The notes under the pieces: model-generated
Told to the model about the DNA's origin: nothing
The model's input: only the letters and a program-made list of their open reading frames with translations
Databases searched by the model: none
DNA from: Euprymna scolopes
Lineage: Eukaryota
Assembly (NCBI GenBank): GCA_053919585.1
Contig: CM132816.1
Strand: one strand, 5' to 3'
DNA length: 64,000 bases
Shown here: one piece after another, positions 40,422 to 52,262 of the stretch
Numbering within the stretch: the stretch's first letter is position 1
Layout of the letters: each line of letters starts with the position of its first letter
Translations under genes and position numbers: made by a program

Positions 40422-42016
40422 GCACTGCGTGAATAATCGATAGTGGAACAAATTACAACAATGAGCAATATACATTCCAGAAATTGCACATTAAAATATG
40501 TTTACTTGTAAGACGACAGATGAGACAAATAATTTAAGTGAATTAGAGGAGATGAAAATAGAGTCTAATTTGAATCGCGCTGCCAAATTACAATATCAAA
40601 ACAAAGATGTCGGTCGCCAATAACGGATCAGTTAAACATAGAAATAAATTGGATTGTCAATGCTATTGGGTGGTTTTGGATTCATCTTATAATTATTTAT
40701 TCGTTGGACTTTCAATTACGAATTATTGCTGGTTAGCGATAACTGTTAGTGGTCCCTTGAAACTGAGTTAGAATACGTTTAACAATTGAATTCTTTATTG
40801 CTCTACTGTTCTCATCTGGTATGTTATCGTCTGGTCTATTATCATATGGTCTGTTATTTCGCAGAGTCACGTAGAGTTACGGATAAGCAGAATTTAGTTA
40901 AAAGTGACACTTTTCTGGAGATTGAAGGTTTAATTTTCCGTAATGGCAATGACGAAAATACAATTGCGAATGACTAAAGACTACTACTCTGTTGTATCTG
41001 ACGGAATAAGACCATATTAGATTTTTTATGAAATAAACTATACCGTGAAAGAATTTGTAGAGAATAACAAGTTCGACATGGAGATTTCAGATTTCAAGAG
41101 AGAAGCCAGTGTTCGTCGCTTATATTAGGCGAAGCGTTGTAAAATAACAGTCAAGAAAAACAAATCAATATTACCAATACAATAATAAAATGCATTGTAA
41201 TCACAACAATTCAGAAAACATATCTCAGCATATTTCTGGAAATTTCATTTTTTTTTTAAATAACCAGTGTAATTTAGGTTTATTTTTATAGCGGATGTTC
41301 ATATTTCAATTTCATACGGATATTGACCTATAAATTTGGAAGATATACTTATGTGCTTGGGACTATAAAAATGTAGTATAGATTTTGTCATAGATATGTT
41401 GTGGAGACGTACTATTATACAGTTATTTTTTTTCAAATATTTGTTACAATCCAGAATGAAACTTTTGGATGTGGACAATTACGCTAATTAAAATTCTTTT
41501 CGTGGGTAGTGCTTCTTTATAGGTATAGATGGCACGAATTATATATCTCCAGATTAATTAGAACAATACTATACACAACGTTGCTTCCTGACTTGCTATA
41601 ACATGATCGTGTTTAAGTCCAATGTAAGATATTCTTAACTGATCTGCTTTCTTACAAATACCAATGTTCCTCAATCGCCACCATCAGTATTAATCGTTAC
41701 GATGCTGTCTTGCCGTATACATCACGGTAATTTAACCCTTTCGATATAGCTGGTCTTCTAGCTGTATAAGTGGTTATACCTCAGTGACTGTACTATAATT
41801 TCAGTTTAATTTACAATGAAACTGGGGAATTTTTAAATAAACACTTTAAATGTCATGACGTTTCCTCATATCTGAAGATATATTAGGTGGGTTACAGATG
41901 AAATAAATGTAAAACTAACCATCTTTTTACCTTGTGTAAAAATATGTATTTTCAGAGTAATGTTCGAACTTAAAATATTTCATTTGAAAGTAAAAACGTT
42001 TAATTAGTTGACTCAC

Positions 42017-42037
42017 CTCTGGCATATAAGTTTTCGC
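42017..42037 (-). CDS. Candidate 21-nt microexon (xENLYAR)
   Basis: TTTGTAG|GCGAAAACTTATATGCCAGAG|GTGAGT: consensus donor, symmetric phase 1-1, length a multiple of 3. Confidence 0.35.
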
Positions 42038-42957
42038 CTACAAACCGCTCCGATTTCGTTGAAGTAAATCCAATTGCAGTAATGGTAAAACAAACACAAG
42101 GATGTTACATTCCGACGACAGGACAACGATTGGGGGGTTGATTGGCAGTTCGAGCCATAGTACAGATATATTTTGGATCCTGTCAAATAGATGCACATGT
42201 TGCTGATTTACCAGCACAAATATGGTTATTCGGTTCTATGCATATACAGAAATTTGTTTTGTAGAAATATAGGATATTCTTATGTGTAATATTCTTTTAC
42301 GCATTAGAAAATTACCACTTTTTGTTGAGACGTATCTTCAATGCGTTCTGTGCATATATACAAATGTAAATACGAGGCCTAGGTGTGAAAATCTTTAACG
42401 AATTAATAAATGGATTCTTTTGAAGAAAATATCAAGAAGACTAGGAGTTTACAATAATACAGTTACGCACTCATTTGACGTGTTGCATCCATATCATAAG
42501 ATCCTCTTATATTTCATACTGTTTACTTCCATAAATTCAGGTGTCAGGACAAAAAATTTACCATGCATTAGAAAATTCGGAGAAATTTCTAACTACATAT
42601 GTGATAAAATAATCACATAAAAGATGTTCAACACTTTCTCTGTTGGATTGTTAAAACTGCTGCGCGTCAACCTTACAATTTTCTATGTGAAATTAAACAA
42701 ACTGCTCTGAAAACTCACTCCTCTAAATTTGGCACATTTCTGTCGAAACCCGCTCGTCCAAATTTCGATACATGGTTGCCGAAACTGTAAGTCCAAAACT
42801 CGACACAGTTCTGTCTAATAGCGATAGACAGGAATATAGCCGTTTATATATTCAATTTCTCCATGCTGTAAGCTTAAAAAGCTTTCTATAAAATATCATA
42901 TACACTTCTGCTGTCTCTCCACTCCATCCCTTATCTTCCTTTACATAAATCTCCATC

Positions 42958-43084
42958 TACTTTGGGTTACTTTTAAAAGTGTCTGCGATATATTCTTTGT
43001 ACGTTTGGTTACGTTTAAAAGTGTCGCCGCTACATTCTTTGTACGTGGGGCTACTTTTAAAAGTGTCTCCGATATATTCTTTGT
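42958..43084. repeat. Minisatellite, 3 x 42 bp
   Basis: Unit TACTTTTAAAAGTGTCTnCGATATATTCTTTGTACGTnnGGn. Confidence 0.9.
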
Positions 43085-43376
43085 ATATAGCATTTGAAAA
43101 TATTAGACAACGGTTAATGATATTTACCATTATAAACTATTTAAACTATCTAACAGCATTCACATCCTTGTTTTTAATACGCATCATTTACAACCTGTTG
43201 TACATACACAGCATAATATCTCAGGTAATAATCAAATTCAATTTTATGAATTATTTTTTTATATTTATATCTGACACAAAAAACGAGATTATTAATATTA
43301 CATACACTAATAAACCCATATATTTTACGCCCGTTAATGATAGTCACCTGCACATACACATCGGTGTATATATATG

Positions 43377-43443
<67 letters not shown>

Positions 43444-43481
43444 TACCATTTAAAAATGTTCATTCGTTCAATTCTGGTCAA

Positions 43482-43528
<47 letters not shown>

Positions 43529-43550
43529 TATATATATATGTATGTATATA

Positions 43551-43700
43551 TCTTATGTAATTCATGTGTGTCTTCATTTATAAAGCGCAGGACATTCTAA
43601 AAAAAATCATATATCTACAATTTACCAGGCTCACTCTGTAAAAATATTCAGTGATATATCAGAAAATAGTTTATTAACCTGGGCATACCTTATCACGTGT

Positions 43701-43772
<72 letters not shown>

Positions 43773-43925
43773 GTATACACGTGATAAGGTATGACCAGAT
43801 TAATAAACTATTTTCTGATATATCACTGAATATTTTTACAGAGTGAGCCTAGTAAATGGTAGATATATGATTTTTTTAGAATGTCTTGCGCGTTATAAAT
43901 GAAGACGCCCATGAATTACATAAGA
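43551..43925. repeat. 375-bp palindrome centred on (TA)n
   Basis: Arms of about 157 bp with about 10 differences flank the TA tract at 43708-43767. Confidence 0.95.
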
Positions 43926-44011
43926 AAGAGTCGCCATATCACATGACAGGGATATACATTCAAGTGGGAGCAGCATGAGAATTTGATATTCCCTTTAATC
44001 TGTTTCTGTCG

Positions 44012-44079
<68 letters not shown>

Positions 44080-44320
44080 CCTGCCAAGGCGACACGGAGC
44101 AGAAAACATGAAGCTGTGGCTTGCAAATATTATATGCACAGATATAGGCAAATTTGAGCATATTTTAATAGATGGAATATATATGGTCTTTTTTACCAAT
44201 GGTCATAAAACTTTAAAATGGAATAATATTTCAATCCTCAAGAATTGGCAAGCTTCTTTGTAGTTTTCTCACACAGATCTCAAGATATGAGAAATTCAAT
44301 ATTCAATTTAGCTATCAGCA

Positions 44321-44388
<68 letters not shown>

Positions 44389-44389
<1 letters not shown>

Positions 44390-45470
44390 TGCGTGATCAA
44401 TGTTTAACGACATAACCTTTTTTTTACCAGTTTCCGAAATTTACCGGTAGTTTCATATTAAAACCTTCGGAAACATTGGCATTGCTGAGCTGCGCCTACT
44501 GTGAGATTTTGTTAGTGTGCCGCGCAATGTAAGCAATTGCCACCCTAATTGCTTAATCTGCTGTATTTGAGGTGTGTCAAATTATCACCAAGACAGTTTG
44601 TTTCGTAAAGGTGATTTGAGTACTTCTGAAACGAGCACTATTACAAAACAGTAAGGAAAAGGTAACACTACTCTCAAAATATCGAAAATTATAGCAAGGT
44701 TCAATCTAACTGTGAAGACCTTTGTCCAGGATCCTACAAAGCTACGCAAGAGAGCTGATAAAGATAAAATTAGACCTTTTACACGCCGTTCTCTACTCCA
44801 AATAATAAGTGGAATAGTTAAGAACCTGCGCATACAAGTCAAAAGGTGTTGACCAATCCTAACTGAAGAATGTCTCAAAAAGTACTCGATGTCGCCTTCT
44901 GAAAGAAGTAGCAAGTCTGTTAAGCCTGTGACAAAACCTTTATTAAAGAAACATCGCAAACAAAACCGATTGATATGGACAGGAATACATGAAAACGTAT
45001 TTTTCCAAAGTTTCTTTCACGGATGAAGTACGTGCCACTCTTGATGGCGTTGATAGCTGGAGCAAGGCATGGGTCCTAGATGGACGATATCGTCATCAGC
45101 GTGTAAGGCGCGAACAAGGTGGTGGTGGGATAATGATTTGGGACGCGATTATAGAAGCTAAATTCGTTGGCCCATAAGGCGTTGAAATGAAGTAAATGCT
45201 TGCATAGCTTTTCTGAAGGAACACTTTGAACCATGGTTCAGAAGAACCATGATGCAAATAATATTTGCTTTTGTTTGCTGCATTCGGGGGAGCGAACAAA
45301 AGCAAATATTCTTTTATGAATGTTTACAACTTTTTCTGTATTTATAAAGCAAAGATTACTTGCAACAACTGGGATTCTCTGGGATGCGGAGGATGGAGTG
45401 GCCTGCGAATTCACCAGATTTGAACCCAATTGAAACCTTTGGAGTATCATGAAGCGACAACTTTATGTAA
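44389..45470 (+). mobile_element. Tc1-like transposon, decayed and 3'-truncated
   Basis: FTDEVRATLDGVDSW, QGGGGIMIW, EWPANSPDLNPIE motifs; starts after a TA tract. Confidence 0.88.
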
Positions 45471-45477
45471 TGTATTT

Positions 45478-45720
45478 TGCTATCAGTTTTTCCTCTGATG
45501 AGAAGAAGTAGCATTCTGTGAAACTTCACAGATTAAAGAGCACCCGTCTTTAGAGTATTCTGACGAATAATGAAAAAACTTGTGTAAATTTCTACTTTAC
45601 AGCTCTGTTTTTCTTATTATTAATCGTAAGGTCAATTACCATCAGTGAATGTATTGAGCTTTTGCATTTGGTTGGGATTAAGATATAAATAACTATATGT
45701 ATAGTTGTTTTTGGAATGTG

Positions 45721-45723
<3 letters not shown>
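45478..45723 (+). mobile_element. Penelope pLTR-like fragment with degenerate hammerhead, ending in (TA)n
   Basis: TTCCT-CTGATGAG...GAAAC...TTAAAGAG (45490-45540) resembles 47955-48002; ends ...GGAATGTGCTTATATA. Confidence 0.5.
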
Positions 45724-45776
<53 letters not shown>

Positions 45777-47129
45777 TGTGTGTGTACGTATGTGTGTATA
45801 GTAATACACATACAGTATTGATTCGTTGTATCACAACTCATTTATGCAGCTGGACAAGCACCTTTACCTAGCCGGGATTGAACCTACAACAATCGTGTAG
45901 ACATACATGCAACAACGTTTATATACAAATGTGTTTGAGTGCGGCAATATGTATGTGTGCAGATACATCTGTGTTCTTTATGTGCGTAGGTTCAATGCAA
46001 CAAATAAAGGACATAAAACTAGGAGGAAGATAAAAAAAATCGAAATGTAAAAAAGAAACAAATGACAAATATGTTGCTGATAAAAACAAGACAATAAATG
46101 ATAATAGTAATAAAACAAACTAATAAATAATCAGAAGGGGAGTGGGAACGCGAAAGGTGAAATGTCGTAATCGGCCAAGAAGAAAAGAGGCCCAAAAGAG
46201 ACAGCCTCGGCGACGCTCGCCTGCTTTTGAGCGCCTTTTCTGCTATTTGGCATAAATAATCGGCTTATGCGATCTAGTCAAACGGCTAAACACTAAAGGC
46301 GAACTTAAATGCTTCTCTACAGCGAATCAAATGATGACTCATGTAAGAAAGATAGATGGGGTGAGAGATAGATAAAGAGGAAGAGTCATAAATACGGAGA
46401 GAGAAAGAGGTAGTTATATGAATCAGAAGTACAAAGAAAGAGGGGGCGAAGACAGAGAGACAGAAGGAGGGCAAAGAGAAAGAATACCTTATACTGACAA
46501 TAATAGATATATATAAATAATTATATATGTATATAGAGGCGCATATGTGTGTCTCAGTCTGTCTTTCTGTATGTGTGTGTCGTGTAAAAAGACAACTGTC
46601 AAAGTACTCGATCATCTGTTCAACAAAAATTTTATTTAAAGACTTTTCACTTATTCAACCGATGGCAATCTAGCCATCATAAGATATTCTAATTTCCAAT
46701 CCGAGAAACCGAATCCTCGGACTCTTTAAAAAATATACGCACCAGTAGAAAGTGTTATAAGATCGATTCAATTATTGTAAGCGTAAAATTATCTTAATCT
46801 CTACCTGTTACGACGAATTAAAGGAAGTCGTCTCCAGGGGGCGCAACAAATGTTTATATTTACTATTAAAGTTAATGATTAACTTGAGTCTCCTGTGCAA
46901 ACCATTCAACAAACGGATTAATTTTCCACTACAATGACGAAGTAAAAAAAATGTATTAGAANNNNNNNNNNNNNNNNNNNNNNNNNNNNNNNNNNNNNNN
47001 NNNNNNNNNNNNNNNNNNNNNNNNNNNNNNNNNNNNNNNNNNNNNNNNNNNNNNNNNNNNNNNNNNNNNNNNNNNNNNNNNNNNNNNNNNNNNNNNNNNN
47101 NNNNNNNNNNNNNNNNAGCCACCTTAATA

Positions 47130-47580
47130 CTACTATTGTTTAGTTATTCAACTGTAGTTGCAGCGCGCACTATGTTAGCCAGGCATCACAAAAATTGGAT
47201 TTTCGTGTAAAGCAATACGCGCCATCAAATCATCGGTGTTTTGAGGAATACATATGGTTTTGCGATTTGCGAGTACCTTAGGTGTAACTATACGTGTGCC
47301 ATGAGTGTCAGTGCTGAGATGTTTGCGATATTGAGCAAGTCCCACACACCCTTTCATCTAATAATTCTGGATTCATTTTTCTTAAGTCCTTGGGATCTTC
47401 TCTTTGCAAGCAAAAATAACATTTCTAGGTACTTAGTTTGTTTTATATAATGAATTTTCCTCGAGTGTTTTTTAATTCAAAATTTTCTCCTCCACTATAT
47501 TCATGACATAGTTTTTTATCGTAATGATACTTGATTTAGGACTGTTTATCGAGGAAGGAATCTGTAAGCTATCTTTATTT
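47130..47580 (+). mobile_element. Penelope-like element, GIY-YIG/3' fragment
   Basis: Direct homologue of 49190-49600 (LRNTYG..ICEYL, FAILSKSHTPFHL). Confidence 0.85.
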
Positions 47581-47786
47581 TCAATTTTTAATTTATTAAA
47601 TCATCATATCCTGATATAGACTTATAATGAAAAGGATTCCACCAGACTTTGAATTATTATCGCTGGACCCACAAACAAATCAAAACAAGCACTTGCCCGA
47701 TTCGGATATCTACACAACTATGTTTATTACTCAATCAATAACTTGCACCTTATTACCAAACGGATGTAACGAACGAATAACATGGA

Positions 47787-48121
47787 TTTTACCAAGCAAG
47801 CTTGATCTAAAAAAAAAAAACTTTCATACCCTTTTTCTGCGAATCCTCCTGCTACAGGACTTCTGATGAATTTATTATTTTGACTTTGACTTTTCATGTC
47901 TCACTGATTTAGCAAATAGGGTGCATACATTTATAAGTATTTGCTAATATTTTCTCTCCTCTGATGAGAAGGTAGACATCGAAACCCTATAGGTTAAGGA
48001 GATAATTTTTCTAAAGCATTCTTTGTCTTGCTTAGAATAATAAAATTCTTTGATATGAAACTCAACCACTTCATTTCATTTCAATGAGAATTTTTTTGAA
48101 ATTCATTGAATCACAATTTAA
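47787..48121 (+). mobile_element. Hammerhead-bearing element, same family as 27280-27592
   Basis: TCTCCT-CTGATGA-GaaggtagacatC-GAAA-CCCTATAGGTTA-AGGAGA at 47955-48002. Confidence 0.78.
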
Positions 48122-48261
48122 TTTTTTTGCTCTATCTTGCATATCGAGCAATTCTTGTTTAGATGGGATAACTTATAGAATATTATTGCTAGTAATATTT
48201 TGTAAACCTTACAATCTCACGTTTCCATAACAACTGATTGTTAAATAAAAACTATTCTGAA

Positions 48262-48310
<49 letters not shown>

Positions 48311-48389
48311 TTTGGGGAGGAGTACAACATTTCATTATGGCTAAATGCAGACCAATCTAGATGATGCTTAAAAAAAAAAAAAAATTAAA

Positions 48390-48606
48390 ATAAAGGTTAC
48401 CGACCCAGGTTTCGTTCCTCGTCAACAGATCTAAATCGAGGAAAATACGATTAAAAAATGATCATGCATATGCCGGGGGAGTAAAAAACATTAATAAAAT
48501 ATAAGCGAGGGAAAATCATATTGAAACCAAATTAAGTCCCAAAAGATTTTCTTTTTGCTTGCAAAGAGAAAGTCTCAAAGACTGAATAAAAATAGTTTCT
48601 AGAATC
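48390..48606 (-). mobile_element. Inverted copy of the Penelope 3' end (inverted pLTR) with degenerate minimal hammerhead
   Basis: Reverse complement matches 49440-49610; minus strand TTGACGA-GgaaC-GAAAC-CTGG-GTC at about 48400-48426. Confidence 0.75.
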
Positions 48607-48609
48607 TCT

Positions 48610-49607
48610 TACTTATATGACAACGATACGGAGGCGGATGCTTATTTTGTGTCCCTAAATACTGTTCATCCAGTCCTTTAGTTTTCGGTAGACAAATAAC
48701 AAATTCTATCCTTCTGTTATTAGATGTTCTTGTGTCCAAGACATTCTCATGTTTTCTTACTTCTGTGTATCGTAAACCAACATTTAACTGTCTCTATAAG
48801 CGGTATGGCCCTTTGTTTCCCTAGAAATCAAAAAATTACTTTATATAAACTTTAGCGCATAGACCCTTAATGATTTGTTCTAAAGTTAATCGTCTGACGA
48901 GCTTAAATTCATTACGAAGATCCTTTGCAACAATGACTACCTCTTAGATATTGTTGAAACTACTGTTAAAAAGAAAGTTTCCAATTTTTACGAGCTAATG
49001 AAATTGTTGCTAAAAAATGTCCTATGTCAATTCGTCTACCTAAGCTAGGTACCATCAGTGACCGTTTTGATAAGCAGATTTCTTTATACAACGGTTTTAT
49101 TTTGCATCGAATCCACGTCTTGTTTTCCTTACTCGACCTATACTGTCGTTCATTTGCAAAGATGTTCTCCTCAGGCACCATTAACATTCTATTTTTGTAT
49201 TTATTCAAATGTGCAGCGCGCACTTCATTGGGCGAACATCGCAAAAATTGGATTCTCGTTTAAAACAGCACGTATCCTCAAAGATTCGGTATGCAAATTT
49301 TTCACTTTCGGATGTTTTGAGGAATACATATGGTTCGTCGATTTGCGAGCATCTCAAAATTAACCATGCGTGTACCACGAATTTCAGTGCTGACATGTTT
49401 ACAATCTTGAGTAAGTCGCACTCACCCTTTCTTCTAAAAATTCTAGAAATTATTTTTATTAAGTCTTTGAGACCTTCTGGTTGCAAGTAAAAAGAATATA
49501 TTTTAGGACTTTATTTGGTTGGAAATTATATAAAATTTCCCCGCTTTTTATTTTCGATATTCATGACTATTTTTGTTATCGCATTTTCCTCTACTAAGCT
49601 CTGTGGA
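48610..49607 (+). mobile_element. Penelope-like retroelement: RT C-terminus plus GIY-YIG endonuclease, pseudogenised
   Basis: LLDVLV...TSVYRKPTF; YLFKC...HFIGRTSQKLDSRLKQH...SSICEHL...FTILSK...LKILEIIFIKSLRP. Confidence 0.92.
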
Positions 49608-49848
49608 GCTAAAATACTTCATTTACTCACATAAATTAATATATGAAAGAATAAATTTATGCGTAAATTTTAAGTATTTACTTGAAGAGTGCTCAATTCA
49701 TAGGTAGAGCTAGTTCGTAATAAAATATATATGGCGATTAAGCTACACAGGATATTCCGCGTTTCATCCACGCTAGTATTCGTAGATAAAACTGAACGAT
49801 ACTAGCGTGGATGAAACGCGGGATATTCCGTGTAGCTTAATCGCCATA
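49608..49848. repeat. Foldback element; right arm runs into gap 49849-49999
   Basis: 50-bp arms 49730-49779 and 49799-49848 with 3 differences; left arm extends to about 49608 by homology with 31935-32102. Confidence 0.9.
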
Positions 49849-50754
49849 NNNNNNNNNNNNNNNNNNNNNNNNNNNNNNNNNNNNNNNNNNNNNNNNNNNN
49901 NNNNNNNNNNNNNNNNNNNNNNNNNNNNNNNNNNNNNNNNNNNNNNNNNNNNNNNNNNNNNNNNNNNNNNNNNNNNNNNNNNNNNNNNNNNNNNNNNNNC
50001 TAAGAATAGATTGGTAAAACTATTTTCATAATTTTAAGGTAAAATCCTTAACAGATTTTAATATATGGAATCCAAAACTGAACGCCAGAGACAACGTACA
50101 ACATTTATTTTTAATTAATTCATTTTTTGCTTTTAAAAAAATTATATTGAATAAAATTATACTGTTTAAATCCTTTTTTCTGTTTTTCTTTTTTAATATA
50201 TTTAAATGAAAATTCTTATTTTTCAAAAAAGCTGGCACTATTATCGACACTCTGTTCGACAAATCTACCTGTACGTACTGTGCTCCACGTCATCTTTCAT
50301 CTAACAGACCTTGTCTTACGGTTATTACAGCTTGGTCGACATATTGTGAATGTTGGTTTTAATTAAAAAATAACTTGCATTTTTAACAGCAGGTGGATTG
50401 GTTTAATGATTACTCATGTACAAGCTATCATGTTGCATATATCGTATCAACTAACTCTTATGTAATATTCCCAAAATTAACCATACTATGTTTGATATTT
50501 ATGTATTTTGAATGGTATTTTTGAAATATGTGTTCGGTCTTTTTTTATATAGATTCATATTGCTGGAATTTACATAACATAAGGCATAATCCCTATATAC
50601 AGGCCCTATGTATTCAGAAATGTCTTCCAGCAATACCATTTTTGTATATACGTTCTCACAGAATCAGTAAGTAGTGATTATTATCAAAAGGATTTACTAG
50701 ATACATAGTTTCTGATATGTAGAATTGTTCTATTCATCGTTGCTTTTTTATATG

Positions 50755-51480
50755 AAAGTAGGGTGGGGTACCTGGCCTTGCCCGAGTGTGGTGAGAGGTG
50801 TGTGTGGGGGTGAACCAAAAAAAATTGGAAATAAAGAACATAATTACCTTGTTTAAATAGTATAACTTTTTTCTTTCAGTCGAAAAACAAAACACAAAAA
50901 AAAAATCCAACAAAAACACAATAAGTGTACGAAAGAGAAATGGCATAAATAAAATTGCTTAAATGTTAAAACTTATTTAAAAAATCGGAAAAGCAAAAAC
51001 AAAAAGAAAACAGCGAACGTGGTGGAAAATTAAAAAAAGAATTAAAAAATGGCATTACTAACCGTTTCAATATTAAACATTTAAAAATCGAAAAAATCTA
51101 TCGATATCTCGATTCGAACGTGTAGTCTTAAGATACTGAACCGCCGCTATATTGAGTGGTCTATGATCGCGTGACTCAAGTTTGGTCGTTCATTAATATT
51201 TTAAATAATTCATGAGATAACGTTTTTTGCACATGCGTGTTTTGCTAAATTGTCATGAAAAACGATTTTTCTGCTACCCCTCTTTGTAGAAAATTGCCTA
51301 GTAAAGGGTGAAAGAAACAATGTTTTTAGCGAATTCTTAAGTATTTGTTGTTCTATAGTCGAGATTTAAAACGATACCTACTTCCTGAAAATCCGTCGTT
51401 TTCTGGAAAGTTTAAGGTAAGAATACAAACACCCATGCATACATACATTCAAACAGGTTTTTGCCCTTTTTTTTGCTTTC
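50755..51480. mobile_element. Probable Helentron-associated (HINE/DINE-1-like) element
   Basis: A-rich body, terminal ...GAAAATCCGTCG...CATGCATACATACATTC...TTTTT arrangement; pattern recognition only. Confidence 0.3.
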
Positions 51481-51976
51481 TAGTGGTCTTCTTGCTAAAT
51501 TATGTCTTTTCAAAGTTACGCTAGTGTCAGGTCTAGCCAGGTTAACATCTTTTTTATACTAAGAGGTGATATAGATTGGTAATGTGAGTCAATATAAAAT
51601 ATAAAATTATGACATTGTTACTTATTCTAACATTTTAAAACCAAGAAATGACCCTATTTGTAAGGTTCCATACATTTTGATAAGTATATATCTTATCGCT
51701 AAAATAATTAAGTCTAATATTATTTTGAGTATTATATGAATAGAAGAGAGTGATAATTCTTTGAATATAAGTTGTATACGAAAAGTCAAATATGTTTGTG
51801 CAATTGTGCCCCAAAAAGAAATATCCATTACAAAANNNNNNNNNNNNNNNNNNNNNNNNNNNNNNNNNNNNNNNNNNNNNNNNNNNNNNNNNNNNNNNNN
51901 NNNNNNNNNNNNNNNNNNNNNNNNNNNNNNNNNNNNNNNNNNNNNNNNNNNNNNNNNNNNNNNTCTGCGATACGTT

Positions 51977-52107
51977 TTGAATGAATTCAATTATTTACGA
52001 AAGTGTATTTTTACCTAAATGCGACTTGCGAATAATTTTCCCTTTAACCAATTTTTACTCGCATTTAGGTAAAAATGCACTTTCGTAAATACTTAAAGTC
52101 ATTCAAC
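51977..52107. repeat. Inverted repeat, arms about 48 bp, spacer about 34 bp
   Basis: ATTTACGAAAGTGTATTTTTACCTAAATGCGA versus TCGCATTTAGGTAAAAATGCACTTTCGTAAAT, extended by TTGAATGA/TCATTCAA. Confidence 0.92.
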
Positions 52108-52148
52108 AAATCTTACATCTAAATAAATTGCGATATATCCTAACAGTC

Positions 52149-52262
52149 GGCGAGATGGACCAGCGGGTGAAGAGGTCAGGCTCATTACCGGACGGCCCGG
52201 ATTTTGAATCTCGCTAGATTCAGCCACTCTGATGAGTCGTAGACGAGAAAACACGTGTCAGT
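52149..52262 (+). mobile_element. tRNA-derived SINE-like head followed by a minimal hammerhead motif
   Basis: A-box-like TGGACCAGCGG, anticodon arm TCAGG-CTCATTA-CCGGA (CAT), B-box-like TTTGAATC; then ACT-CTGATGA-GTCgtaGAC-GAGAAA-ACACGTGT-C-AGT, cut off by a gap. Confidence 0.6.

Noticed and set aside
42013-42198. Cys-rich 61-aa ORF as a toxin-like peptide
   Set aside because: No signal peptide or recognisable cysteine framework; only the 3' 21 nt have a phase-compatible partner exon, in another frame.
52149-52220. Functional tRNA-Met gene
   Set aside because: Anticodon and T stems are mismatched, the T loop is mutated and the cloverleaf cannot be completed; treated as a tRNA-derived head.
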